From Eledone cirrhosa (lineage: Eukaryota), in contig OZ024742.1 in NCBI GenBank assembly GCA_964016885.1, positions 248,062,001 to 248,126,000 of the forward strand: a DNA stretch of 64,000 bases, written 5' to 3'. Position numbers and translations under genes: made by a program. Positions 1-12,591 of the stretch are shown here, piece after piece (within the stretch, counting starts at the first letter, position 1; every line of letters starts with the position of its first letter). The notes under the pieces are model-generated. The model was not told the DNA's origin, did no database searches, and saw nothing but the letters and a program-made list of their open reading frames with translations.

Positions 1-897
1 TCACCCTACCCATCACATCGTGTCTCCAGCCCTTATAGTGGGTCTGGGCTAGGTGTTTACACTCGGACACAATGTGAGCCACAGTCTCCTCTCTCTCTCC
101 ACAGATCCTGCACAGTGGGCTAGCCTCCTCCTTGTAAATATGGTGCTTCAACCACTTCGTTTTGAGGGCCTGCTCCTGCGCAGCCATTAGCATTCCTTCT
201 GTAGCCTTTTTGAGGTCTCCTCTTTTCAACCAGTTCCATGTCTGTGGATCTCTAAATTCAGTTTTCTCAAAGAAGGTACTATGAAGGGATTTTCCCTTAA
301 GGCTGCTCTTCCTCCTTGATGTTATTTCCTCCTTGGACATCCCCTGGCCTACTGTCCCCTCCTTCAGTACAGCTCTGAGCATTGGCTCCTTACTATAGGT
401 CACGTATTTGTATAGGTTGTTTTTCTCCATCTGAACACAGTCCTCTATGCTGATAAGACCTCTTCCACCCTCAGATCTCCTTAGGTAGAGTCTATCGACA
501 TCACTCCTCTTGTGGAACATGTTGTAGATAGTCAATAGCTTCCTAGTCTTCCTATCCATTTCTTTTTGTTCAGCAACATTCCATCTCAGAATTCCCGCAC
601 TGTACCTAATAATAGACACAGCTCGGGAATTTACTGCGCTTATGGCATTTCTGCTGTTCAGATGTGACTTCAATACGCTCCTTACTCTCCGAATGTATTC
701 AGTTCTTAACAATTCCTTCATTTTTTTGTTCTTTATGCCATCAGCCTCCAGAACGCCCAAATACTTGTATCCTTCCTCAGAGGCAATTTCCTTTATCATC
801 TCACCTGTTGGTATCTGGATACCGTTACTTCTGCTCAACCTACCCCTCCTCATCACAATGACTCCACATTTACCAATACCAAACTGCATACATATAT
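1..897 (-). mobile_element. R4/Dong-clade non-LTR retrotransposon fragment, family X (late RT/thumb to CCHC); runs off the window edge
   Basis: Minus strand reads MQFGIGKCGV..GYKYLGV..CRICGEREETVAHIVSEC. Bases 1-270 are nearly identical to 1484-1755. The 5'-truncated end abuts (TTA)n at about 898-945. Confidence 0.85.
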
Positions 898-899
898 CA

Positions 900-936
<37 letters not shown>

Positions 937-947
937 GTTATTGTTAT

Positions 948-1757
948 TCCTTGAATCTCAGTCATTGATGTTGGTTAACTGGAAAGTCCGTTGGATTGAA
1001 TATCAAGCCACTACCTGCAGCCTCAGATATTCAGGACGTATCGGAGGGTTCTTGCTGTTCCCAGCAAGCATGCCTTTTGAAGCGTTCCAAAAAGCGTGAA
1101 GGGGCCGATTTTCTTTAACCATCCCTGGAAACCTTTGGAGATAGTCCCCAGTGCGCCTATGACAATCGGGATCACTTTGACTTCATGGCAGTTCCAGATC
1201 CTTTTCACCTCCCACTTTAGGTCCTGGTATCGGTTAATTTTCTCCCTCTCCTTCTCTTGCACTCTCGTGTCGAACGGGCAGGCCACATCCACAATCAGGC
1301 ACGATCTTTTTTCTTTGTCCACAACCACCAGGTCAGGTCTATTGTGTTCCAGTTTTTTGTCCGTCTGTATCCTAAAATCCCACAGCACCTTCACCTGATT
1401 GTTCTCCATCACCGCCTCTGGCCTATGCTCATACCATTTCTCAGAATGTGGTAGATTGTTTACTTTGCACAGGTGCCAGTGGATCACCCTGCCCATCACA
1501 TCGTGTCTCCAGCCCTTATAGTGGGTCTGGGCTAGGTGTTTACACTCGGACACAATGTGAGCCACAGTCTCCTCTCTCTCTCCACAGATCCTGCACAGTG
1601 GGCTAGCCTCCTCCTTGTAGATATGGTGCTTCAACCACTTCGTTTTGAGGGCCTGCTCCTGCGCAGCCATTAGCATTCCTTCTGTAGCCTTTTTGAGGTC
1701 TCCTCTTCTCAACCAGTTCCATGTCTGTGGATCTCTAAATTCAGTTTTCTCAAAGAA
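948..1757 (-). mobile_element. R4/Dong-clade element family X, 5'-truncated 3' end (CCHC zinc knuckle, RLE endonuclease, short 3' UTR)
   Basis: ORF 1023-1712 has CRICxxxxETVAHIVSEC, RHD, RPDLVVVD..IVDVACP..EKINRY. Flanked by (TTA)n on both sides. Confidence 0.9.
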
Positions 1758-1921
1758 ATTATTATTATTATTATTATTATTTGCATTTATCTTGCTTTAT
1801 GTTTATACGAGTTATCACCAAGTCACAACCAGTGACCTCAAGAGACAACAAGGTCCGCCATGTTCAAGAAAGAACACACATATTCACACATGCATCCTTA
1901 GTGTTTAGACTTGTGATGTAC

Positions 1922-4612
1922 TTATATTGACAGGATCTTCCTTAGTATATGGGCAGTTCCCATTAGTACTATCTTTTGTATTTCTCCTATACGCGGGTTT
2001 CCTGGGATTTGCGATAAGTAGTCGTTAGACCCCTTAGGTATCATTCCCAGAGCGCCTACAACCACTGGTATTGTTTTAGTTCTCAATTTCCACATTTTTC
2101 CAATTTCTATCTCCAGGTCCTTATACTTGCTCAATTTTTCAAATGTTTTTATAGATACATTCTTGTCTATTGGAACAGACATATCAATTAGCAGGCATAC
2201 CCTCATTTGAAAGTCCTTCAATATTATATCAGGTCTATTTGCATCTATTTTTCGGTCTGTTTGGATGCTAAAGTTCCACAAGATTGAGATGTGATCTTTT
2301 TCAAGTATGGGAGGTGGTTGATGCTCCCACCAATTCTTTTGATGGGGCAGGTCAAAATGCTTACACATTATCCAATGTATGTATTGTGCAGCTCTGTCAT
2401 GCCTGTTTAGGTATTCGGTTGGAGATATAGGACTGCACATTGAAATTATATGGTCAATGGTCTCTGGTTGTTTTTTGCATACACGGCATAATGGGCTGCA
2501 CCCATTTTTTATTATGTTGGCTTGGTAATTTTTTGTTGGCAGACACTGATCTTGTGCGGAGATAATCAGTCCTTCAGTCTCCGATTTCAGTCCAGAGGAT
2601 GCCAACCACTGATGGGTTAAAGTTTTGTCAACATCAGGATTGTTAGCTCGCTCTGGGTATTTTCCATACAGAGGCTTTTCTTGCCATTTCTTAGCCAGTT
2701 TCTGTAGCAGTTCTTTCTTTGCAGTTACTTTTACCTGCTTTGCTTTTTCTGTGTTTTCCATTTCAGCAGTAAATGGGACTTCTGAAATTTGTAGTCCATT
2801 ACTGTATCTTTGTGCATCTTTTGTAATGGAATATGATCTTTTGGTGCTTTCGTGTTTCAAAACGAGTTTGATCATCCAATCATGTGATTCCCTTAGATAT
2901 GTGGATAATCCAATTGTTGCAGTTTTCAACGCAATGTCTAACTGGATTAACCCACGTCCTCCTTCTTTCCTAGGGAGATATATTCTATCTATGTCTGCCT
3001 TAGGGTGATGCATTCTGTGCATGGTTAAGAATTTTCGGATTTTTGTATCGAGCCTACGGATCTCTGTGCTTGACCAGTTGATGACATTGTAACTGTAGGT
3101 TACTACTGGTATGGCAAGCGTATTTATGGCATCGATCCTATTCCTTGCATTCAATTCCGTTCTTAAGATTGCTCTGACTCTGCGGTAACATTCCTTCCTT
3201 ATCCTTTCCCTCATTGTCGAGTGCTTGATTCCGTCTCCTTCACAAACACCTAGATATTTGTAAGTTTGTTCTTGATCAAGCTCTCTTATCACGTTCCCCC
3301 GATCAAGATTAATGTCTGAACTCTTCAGCAGCTTTCCTCTGGTGAACGTTGCTTTGGCGCATTTATCCAGTCCAAACTCCATTTTAATGTCATCACTGAA
3401 CTGCTTCACAGTGGATAATAGCCCTTGCAATTGTTCATCATTTTTTGCGAATAGTTTCAGGTCATCCATGTAGAACAGGTGATTAATGGTTTTGTCATAG
3501 ACTCTATATCCATGTTTTGTTTCATTGAGCATTTTACTTAATGGTATAAGTGCGATGCAGAATAAAAGCGGTGATAAAGAGTCACCCTGAAAAATTCCAT
3601 AATTAATGTTAACTTCTCCAGCTTCCAGTGATTTTGTTTCACTATTCAAAAGGAGTGTCGTTCTCCATGTCCTCATACTGAATGACAAAAACCTCCTGAC
3701 AACGGGGGATATTTTGAAAATCTCTAAACATTTTTCAATCCAACTGTGTGGCAAACTATCAAATGCTTTTTTATAATCTATCCAAGCAATCGATAGATTT
3801 TTGTGTCTATTATGACAATCTTCCAGTATCATTTTGTTAACCAGAAGCTGATCCTTACAGCCATATGAGCCTCGTTTACACCCTTTCTGCTCAATGGGAA
3901 ATAGGTCATTTGTTATCAGGTGGTCATATGTGTATTCAGTTAGGACTGATGTTAAAATTTTATACATTGTGGTCAAGCAGGTTATCGGTCTGTAATTTTT
4001 GGGATTGTTTGTCTCATCATTCTTCGGTAGCAGGAATGTAATGCCGTTAACTAGCCATGATGGTATCTTTTCTGGCTCCTTAACTATTTCATTGTAAAGT
4101 TGGGCCAACAGCTCATGAGACTCTGTGAAGGCATTTATCCAAAAGTTTTGTATTTTGTCTTTTCCTGGGGATTTCCATTTGCTGGTTTTTCTTAGAGCCA
4201 AGCGCAGCTGTTCAACTGTTATATTTTCCCATGTTTGTTCTTCAAGGTGAGCTGTTTCTTTCATTTGTCTGTCTATCCATGGGGCATGTATGTTATGAAC
4301 TTTTTCTTCGGCCCAGATCTTTTCCCAGAATTCTTGCACTTCCTCCTTGGGTGGTATTGATTTAGCAGTTATTGTTGACTTACCAATTTTTCTGTAGAAG
4401 TTTCTTTGGTTGTTTTTGAACATATTATTGTCCTTATAGAATCTAGATCGTTTTTCAAAGCGCCTTATACGAGCAGCTTTGGCCGACACTTTTTGCTTGA
4501 TTGTTTCTATCAGCATGTCTATGTCACATGTTGATCTTATACTGTACTTTTTTTTCAATTTTCTAAGTTTAGTTTGTTTAACATGTTCACCTACTTTATA
4601 GTTTGTTAACAT
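1922..4612 (-). CDS. Reverse transcriptase plus restriction-like endonuclease of an R4/Dong-clade non-LTR element, family Y (element about 1781-4620, 5'-truncated)
   Basis: 896-aa open frame with NYRPITCL, WIDYKKAFDS, GIFQGDSLSPLLF, YMDDLKLF, YKYLG, CRVC..HIISMC, RHD and RPDI..IDMSVP..K..KY. Bounded by (TTA)n at both ends. Confidence 0.95.
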   Translation of the reverse strand: MLTNYKVGEHVKQTKLRKLKKKYSIRSTCDIDMLIETIKQKVSAKAARIRRFEKRSRFYKDNNMFKNNQRNFYRKIGKSTITAKSIPPKEEVQEFWEKIWAEEKVHNIHAPWIDRQMKETAHLEEQTWENITVEQLRLALRKTSKWKSPGKDKIQNFWINAFTESHELLAQLYNEIVKEPEKIPSWLVNGITFLLPKNDETNNPKNYRPITCLTTMYKILTSVLTEYTYDHLITNDLFPIEQKGCKRGSYGCKDQLLVNKMILEDCHNRHKNLSIAWIDYKKAFDSLPHSWIEKCLEIFKISPVVRRFLSFSMRTWRTTLLLNSETKSLEAGEVNINYGIFQGDSLSPLLFCIALIPLSKMLNETKHGYRVYDKTINHLFYMDDLKLFAKNDEQLQGLLSTVKQFSDDIKMEFGLDKCAKATFTRGKLLKSSDINLDRGNVIRELDQEQTYKYLGVCEGDGIKHSTMRERIRKECYRRVRAILRTELNARNRIDAINTLAIPVVTYSYNVINWSSTEIRRLDTKIRKFLTMHRMHHPKADIDRIYLPRKEGGRGLIQLDIALKTATIGLSTYLRESHDWMIKLVLKHESTKRSYSITKDAQRYSNGLQISEVPFTAEMENTEKAKQVKVTAKKELLQKLAKKWQEKPLYGKYPERANNPDVDKTLTHQWLASSGLKSETEGLIISAQDQCLPTKNYQANIIKNGCSPLCRVCKKQPETIDHIISMCSPISPTEYLNRHDRAAQYIHWIMCKHFDLPHQKNWWEHQPPPILEKDHISILWNFSIQTDRKIDANRPDIILKDFQMRVCLLIDMSVPIDKNVSIKTFEKLSKYKDLEIEIGKMWKLRTKTIPVVVGALGMIPKGSNDYLSQIPGNPRIGEIQKIVLMGTAHILRKILSI

Positions 4613-4624
4613 TTTTTAATAAAA

Positions 4625-4658
<34 letters not shown>

Positions 4659-4666
4659 GTTATTGT

Positions 4667-6483
4667 TCTTTGAGTCTCAGTCATTGATCTTATTTAACTG
4701 GAAAGTTTGTTCAAATGAATATCAAGCTGCTACCTACAACCTCAGATATTCAGGACGTATCGGTGGATTCTTGCTGTTCAAGCAAGCATGCCTTTTGAAG
4801 TGTTCCAAAAATCGGGGCTAGACTAACTTTCTTTAACCATCCTTGGAAACTCTTTGAGATAGTACCTAGTGCGCATATGACAATCGGGACGACTCTGACT
4901 TCATGGCAGTTCCAAATCCTTTTTACCTCCCACTTTAATTCCTGGTATCGGTTAATTTTCTCCCTCTCCTTTTCTTGCACACTCGTGTCAAATGGGCAGG
5001 CTACATCTACAATCAGGCACGATCTTTTTTCCTTGTCCCAAACCACCATGTCAGTCCTATTGTGTTCCAGTTTCTTATCCGTCTGTATCCTAAAATCCCA
5101 TAGCACCTTCACCTGATCGTTTTCTATCACCGACTCTGGCTTATACTCATACCACTTCTCAGAATGAGGTAAATTGTTTACTTTGCTTAGGTGCCAGTGA
5201 ATCACCCTGCCTAACACAACATGTCTCCAACCTTTATAGTGAGTCTGGGCTAGGTGTTTACACTCGGATACAATGTGAGCCACATTCTCCTCTCTCTCCA
5301 CAGATCCTACACAGTGGGCTAGTCACCTCCTTGTAAATATGGTGTTTCACCCACTTCGTTTTGAGTGCCTGCTCTTGAGCAGCCATTAACATTCCTTCTG
5401 TAACCTTTTTAAGGTCTCTTTTTAACCAGTTCCATGTCTGGATCTCTAAATTCAGTATTTTTAAAGAAGGTACACTGAATGGATTTTTCATGAAGATTGC
5501 TCTTTCTCCTTGTTGTTATTTCCTCCTTGGAGTTCCCCTGGTCTATTGTTCTATCTTTAAGTACAATTCTGAGCATTGGCTCCCTACCGTCGGTCACGTA
5601 TTTGTGCAGGTTGTTTTTCTCCATCTTAACACAGTCCTCTATGCTGATAATACCTCTTTTACCTTCAGATTTCTTTAAGTAGAGTCTATCGACATCACTC
5701 CTCTTGGGGAACATGTTGTAGATAGTCAATAGCTTCCTACTTTTCCTATACATTTCTTTTTGTTCAGCAACATTCCATTTCAGAATTCCCGCACTGTACC
5801 TAATAATAGACACAGCTCGGGAATTCACCTCACTTATGACATTCCTACTATTTAGAGGTGATCTTAATACGCTCCTTACTCTCCTAATGTACTCAGATCT
5901 TATCAAATCCTTCATTTTTTTTGTTCTTGATGTCATCTGCCTACAGAACACCTAAATATTTGTATCCTTCTTCAGTGTCAATTTCCTTTATCATCTCGCC
6001 TGTTGGTACCTGGATTCCGTTGCTTCTGCTCAATTTACCCCTCTTCATCACTAGGACTCCACACTTATTAATACCAAATTGCATACATATATCACTGCTG
6101 AAAATACGGACAGTGTCAACAAGTTCATCCAACTTCTCACTGTTGCCAAAGAGTTTAAGATCGTCCATGAAGAGGCGGTGGTTGATGGTAAGCTCTCCTT
6201 TTCCCAACTTGTATCCTGCTCTCACTTTTCGCAGTATAATGGTCAGGGGTATCAGGGCAAGGACAAACAACAGAGGGGACAGACTATCTCCCTGGAAGAT
6301 ACCTCTCTTGATCTTCACGCCTCCCAAGGATTCTTCACCCGATGTAAATTCTGTTTCCCAAGACTTCATACTTTTGCTCAACAACTGTCTGATGTTATCT
6401 GCCACCTTGAAGATCTATAGGCTTTTGGTTATCCAAGAATGAGGTACCATGTCGAATACCTTTTTTGTAGTCTATCCTTCTCA
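4667..6483 (-). pseudogene. Decayed R4/Dong family X copy (RT to RLE, frameshifted)
   Basis: ORF pieces 5941-6405 (GIFQGDSLSPLLF, FMDDLKLF), 5409-5951, 5258-5491 and 4750-5301 are collinear with the copies at 1-1757 and share the same 3' UTR. Confidence 0.9.
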
Positions 6484-6573
6484 TGGCAAGACCAGTGTGT
6501 CTCCTGTTGCAATTCCTCATTACCATCTTATCAATAAGTACCATATTAATATTATTATTATTATTATCATTAT

Positions 6574-7415
6574 TCAGACAAGTCTGTATCGGAGGACTTT
6601 CGAGCCGGGGACGATGGACAATTTCCAGAAATCCCTCGCTTGGCAGTGTTACCGGTGGGGGGGGGGGGGCACTGCTGGTTCGGGATAAACTCTACAGACA
6701 CGGAAGTGCTGTCAGACGGACATGCCCAAGATACGCACAGAACGACGAAACCGTTCTGCACGCACTTGTCCAATGTCCGTGCATTACTGACTTGTGGAGT
6801 TATGTCGAACAGCTACTGTCGCGTATGGAACGAATCCGGCTATCGGCCGAGTCCATAGTGAAGATCGACCCACCGCCTTCCTTAGGTCAGGAAGAGCAGG
6901 ACATTTTCGTCTGTCTGGTGGCAGTTGCGAAAGAGGTTATACGGTGGACCAGGTTAAAAGGACTGAAGACAGACACTTTTCTCTTCGGCTAAGCCCTCAT
7001 CAACCTCTTCAAGTTTCACCTGGAAAGGAAGGTGAGGGTGGAGAGAGAAGTGCTGCCCCTCCCCCCTCCCCGTACATATGCTAAAAGGTGGATGCATGTG
7101 GCGAGAATGGCTCGTGTGAATGGGCCTACTCTGACCATGCGCCTATAGGTTAACTAACTTGAGGAGAGGGATGCTCTCCCTGGGGGCGCTGGAAGCGCAG
7201 GGTGGTTCAAAATTGGTGGGATACCCGATCGACCCCAGGGTCGTCCACCCCCTATTGGGGAATTTATTTTGTTATATTTATGCATAGTTTATTTTATATT
7301 TTTATATCTTCATTGTGAAATTAGTCTTGCCATTGTGCACTTTTACTCGACCTTAATGTAAACCTCCACTTTGCATTGTCTCCTACATTCGGCCCTTGTG
7401 GCTAATAAATGAAAT
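6574..7415 (+). mobile_element. Tx1/L1-like non-LTR 3' end (C-terminal CCHC-like domain and 3' UTR), 5'-truncated
   Basis: Reads CPRYAQNDETVLHALVQC..LWSYV..KEVIRWTR. Ends in gctaataaatgaaat followed by a TTA repeat. Second copy at 58696-59190. Confidence 0.7.
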
Positions 7416-7433
7416 CATTATTATTATTATTAC

Positions 7434-7470
<37 letters not shown>

Positions 7471-8305
7471 ATCGTAGTTTTTGTATTTGATGCTTTTCTT
7501 GTTGTGTTGATCTTGTTTTCAATAATATTTTGTGTTTCTGTTGGTGTCTTTTTCTTGGAAGGGGTTTCTTTGTTACTTTCTACTTTGTTTATTACTTGTT
7601 TAGGTTTTCTATGTTCGATCTATTCTTCATATATAGACACATACATCACATATATAACACGACCATTAATATACTAGACTCCCATACATATAACACATAC
7701 ATTATGTACACTCACATTGTATATACTTCATATACGTATACATATCATCCTCCCGCACAACATAGACACACTGTTCACATATACACGTATACACAAATAT
7801 AATCATCACACACATATGTACATATATGCATACACGCACAAACATATTCCTTTCCCTCACGAATCACGCACAAACATCACACACAAACACACGTACGCAA
7901 TCACGCACACACATACTTACGTACAAATTACATATATACACATATACAGGTTTCCCGTCGCTCTCACACATGACACATAAACACAATATAGATATATGTC
8001 TCTCTCTCTCTCTTTCCCTCCCTTTCAATCTCACTCTCTCGCTCTCTCATTTTCTGTGTCTCTCAAACAAACACACAATTTCATTTACTCTTTCTCTCAC
8101 TCACTCACTCTCTCACATTCCCTCTTTGTATTTGTATCATTTGTCGTATAAAGCATTGTTGTTGCACGAAACTGTCAATATCACTATCCCCATTATCACC
8201 ATATGTCTGTCTCGATCAGGAAAGGCGTTCCAGCGGTGAACATCTCGTTTTTTTTATATGTATAAGTACATTATCCGTATCATTCGATTCTTATCATAAA
8301 AGAGT
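7411..8305. repeat. About 0.9-kb non-coding segment duplicated at about 50130-51046
   Basis: Near-identical direct copies, from (TTA)n(TTG)n through ...cttatcataaaagagtag. Confidence 0.9.
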
Positions 8306-8336
8306 AGTGGCCTTGTGCCTATAATAGAAATTATGG

Positions 8337-8521
8337 GGATTGACAGTATCGGTAGAGGGTCGGACGTCATGCTTTGCAGCATAGAGTTACCGCCCGTTAT
8401 GGTCTGAGTTCAAATCCCACCGAGCTTCAATTTGCCTCTCATCCTTACGGGGTCGATAAAATAAAGTACCAGTAATATACCGAGTATTTGTTGGCCTTGT
8501 GCCAAAAAGTAGAAACAACTA
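8337..8521 (+). mobile_element. SINE (tRNA-like head, family common in octopods)
   Basis: ggtagag..cggac head, B-box-like gagttcaaatcc, tcatccttacggggtcgataaaataaagtaccagt, and ggccttgtgccaaaa tail. Confidence 0.75.
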
Positions 8522-8533
8522 TAAGTAGTAGTA

Positions 8534-8587
<54 letters not shown>

Positions 8588-9991
8588 GGCTTAAAAGAAT
8601 GACAAATCTAAACAATAGAAAAAATTATGAGGTCGTCTGTTATTGTGATAGAGAAATGTTAAGAAGCGGAGCAAGCAGATTGACCTGTACATAGAATTAT
8701 CCATATACAAGCATGTACGCACATACATGAAGCATACATGTACATATACACACATACATAGAAAGAAATTCATACTCACATACATGCGCACATACAGAAA
8801 TACATACGTTTGGAAGGCAATCGTTACTTCGTAACTTGAGACGCTAGAAATAACAACCCAACTCATCTCAAACTGTTCACATCTGTATTAAGTGAAATGT
8901 CTGAATTCGTTAAGATACAATATGCTTTAACAAAAAAGACAGAGAATATCTTAGTTTAGAGATCAGATCTGGTGTAAACTTCAACATTCACAACGCGTTT
9001 TTTCTGATCTTGAAATGATAAGTACATCAAACATGCACTGAATTAATGACTCATGTAGTGTATGTAGTCAATATAACGTTTCTTATTAATAGGGTCTATT
9101 TACTTCAAAGTTTCGCGGATATTGAAGACTTGTCAAGACAGTCAAACTTTTCGAAATTGTATTTTTAGAGAAAGGTTTGATACATGAGGCCAAATGCAAT
9201 TATAGTTGGTAAGGAGCACCTTCGAAATTATATTTACTTGTAATACTTGTCACTTGTACCAACTTGAGAGTAGTTATATATTATTTTCACTGTAAGTCAA
9301 GAAATGAACGAACTCAAGAAAGAACTGCAAACGATTGTTTTACTGACAATACAGGTTCATATCTATTTGCTTTTCCATTGTAAATAAGATACTAACATTA
9401 ATGAATATCTACTAAACGAGTAATATATGCATATCAAACACTATATGTATACTCACACGCACACATACACATTCACACACATACTTATACATACATACCT
9501 ATAATCATAGATATGTGTAGAGCGACCAATCCTGGCTACATAATTATCTACCACCACCCTCGAAGATTCCTTGTTAAAATGTGAATGTATGTAAGAGACA
9601 TCGAAGTTGCTAACTATAACTCTTCATAAGTTTGACATGCGAGTGCTTGTCTGTGTCTCAGCGTGTACTTGTGTGTATGCATGTGTGTTTGTGATTATGT
9701 ATGAGAATATATGCAGAAACAAAAATGTATTCTATATTGTCTCTGCTTGTATATTACATATATTTCTGTAGCTGGTCCTCTTTATTGTTGAGTGTAAGCA
9801 AATATAAGATAACTGTCTATATGTCTGTGCGTATGTGTGTGTGTGTGTGAAAGAGAGAGAGAAATAAATGGAGGGGATGACATACGCACACACATATACA
9901 TTCATATATACATATATATATATACATTATTACTATATATATATTATATATATATGTGTGTGTGTGTGTGTGTATATATATATGTATGTAT

Positions 9992-10065
<74 letters not shown>

Positions 10066-10156
10066 AATTAAATTAAGGGTGTAATGTCCAAGAGACATGC
10101 GCCATATCCACTGTAGAATATGCTCAAAGATTCCAATGAATAGATCCGAGCATTTT

Positions 10157-10672
10157 ATATCAGCTAGAAATTTATTGACATATATATATATCTAAAATAA
10201 ACATATGAAACAATCACAGGGAATAATTTGTAAAAGTGTGTAAGCACACACAGCTAGGTAGGTAACTAATTAAAGTTTAACTAGAACTTCAAATATAGAT
10301 ACCTTTTAAAATGATTCACCTTCCTTGTATGTATTTCATTAAAGAAATATATTTCACTATCAACCGATCGGTAAACCACAGTAGCGAAATTCTAGATTTT
10401 CAACAAGGGAGAATATTTAACTATCTGTGTTTACACAGCAAATGTAAATATGCGAATAACTAGCAGCACGTATTGCAATTTTTTTAAAATACACACATCG
10501 TACCAGCTTCATCCCAGTGGCATTAATAGGATTATCGAAAACTACTAGTTAAACTTTAATTAGTTACCTACCTAGCTGTGTGTGCTTACACACTTTTACA
10601 AATTATTACCTGTGATTGTTTCATATGTTTATTTTAGATATATATATATATATGTTAATCAATTTCTAGTTG

Positions 10673-10675
<3 letters not shown>
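10157..10675. repeat. Inverted-repeat element in (TA)n (arms about 10157-10284 and 10544-10675)
   Basis: tctaaaataaacatatgaaacaatcacagg...taaagtttaactag is the reverse complement of ctagttaaactttaat...catatgtttattttaga. Confidence 0.85.
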
Positions 10676-10726
<51 letters not shown>

Positions 10727-11134
10727 TTCTTCATACATACATATAGGTTTTATCTGTGAAAATAAGGGTTCAAAAACTTACACATATTTCTTTTAAATGC
10801 TCTTAAAAAATGTAGGCCTTAGAAGTATAAAGGCGAATACAACTAGTAGGTTATGAAAGAAATATTGATCTGCTGAAGAAAGTGAATTAGTAAATACTGA
10901 AATCAATCTTGTAGAATAGAAACCTTAAATAATCAGACAGTAAGATTGAGAAAAAAATAATACAGCAGTTAGATTCTGGGTCAAAGGATATTAGACATTG
11001 TTTATGATCGATTGTAAACATAGGTATTTTGATAATCCTCTGAATTGTTATTGCATAGACAACGTAGCTCTGCCCGTGGAAATAAAAAAAATACATACCA
11101 TTAGAATTTAAACGTATGGGCGGATATTACATAT

Positions 11135-11316
11135 GGTGAATTGGCAGTTCGGTAGAGCGTCGGACACCATGCTTTCCAGCATAGTTACGTCCCTTTACGA
11201 TCTGAGTTCAAATCCCGTCGAGGTTAACTTTGCCTTTCATCCTTACGGGGTCGATAAAATAAAGTACCATTAAGGTACTGGGTCATTGCAGGCCTTGTGC
11301 CAAAAGTAGAATCAAT

Positions 11317-11318
<2 letters not shown>
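11135..11318 (+). mobile_element. SINE, same family as 8337
   Basis: ggtagagcgtcggac..ctgagttcaaatccc..ggggtcgataaaataaagtacc..ggccttgtgccaaaag. Confidence 0.75.
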
Positions 11319-11352
<34 letters not shown>

Positions 11353-11540
11353 CATAATCGGAGAAAGCTAATAGCGATACTCAGGCCAAATTCCAACTCA
11401 GTCAACAAACATTAGGAAATACCTGAGTAGATTTCTAATTAAACGTTCGGGGTGCTAACTAATTGTATTGTGTGGAAAATATAAATATATATATTATTCA
11501 AAATATTAACAAATGAAGACATTCACATAATCAAAATATG

Positions 11541-11604
11541 TTTTATTATATATATTTCGAAGGTACTGTGTTGTTTTTTCAGTACGTCCTCGTTAGATAA
11601 AATA
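11541..11604 (-). ncRNA. Hammerhead ribozyme family A, core mutated (CUAACGA)
   Basis: Minus strand TATTTTAT-CTAACGA-GGACGTACTG..CAGTACCTTC-GAAA-TATATA-TA-ATAAAA. Homologous to 17402. Confidence 0.55.
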
Positions 11605-11761
11605 CATGAATTGATGAATGACATACCTCAACCGTCTTGATAGTAGATTTCCAGTATTATTTTGAATAATATTAATAACTCCAGACATTTTCTTGCAGAG
11701 TGCTTTTAATCTATTGTAAAACTGTATTTATTGAGTAATCAATGAACCATATTAATCTTTG

Positions 11762-11805
<44 letters not shown>

Positions 11806-11861
11806 GTATATATATCTGTCTGTTTTTTTCTACCTCTCCACCTACCAACCAGTCTCTTCCA

Positions 11862-11947
<86 letters not shown>

Positions 11948-12003
11948 ACACACACATACACACACACACACACAAATATATATATATATATATATATTTA
12001 AAA

Positions 12004-12035
<32 letters not shown>

Positions 12036-12381
12036 CATATAACAAAACAAAGGGCACAGTACAATGAAGAAATTTATTAGTTTAAAAAAAAACTCATAAA
12101 GTTTCGGACTCCAGTCCTTCGTCAAAGGTTTAAATGATAAATAAAAGACGATCGATGGCGTGTGACAAAAGGAGAGAAAAGAACTTAAGAAACAAAGCAC
12201 ATGTGGGAATTTAGGCAACCATTTAAAATCTATCCTGTCACGCACATACACATATTCATATTCATAGGCATACATAGCGATACATATTCATATGTATATA
12301 TTATGTATATGCATACTTATACAAACATATTCATATTTATATACATAGATCCACACACACATATATATATGATATATATAT

Positions 12382-12458
<77 letters not shown>

Positions 12459-12591
12459 TATATATATATCATATATATATCATATATATATATAGTGGTG
12501 GAAAACTGGAAGGTAATATCCGTAGCGGTAGACCACTCAGTCCAAGGGACGAGTTAGGTAGAGGTGGTTACACAACAGTTAGTTCACTATA

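Noticed and set aside
642-6442. Plus-strand ORFs overlapping the R4/Dong elements
   Set aside because: Antisense shadows of the minus-strand RT/RLE frame.
10868-10920. CTGAAGA..GAAA hammerhead-like spacing
   Set aside because: Stem II is only 3 bp and there is no stem I pairing.
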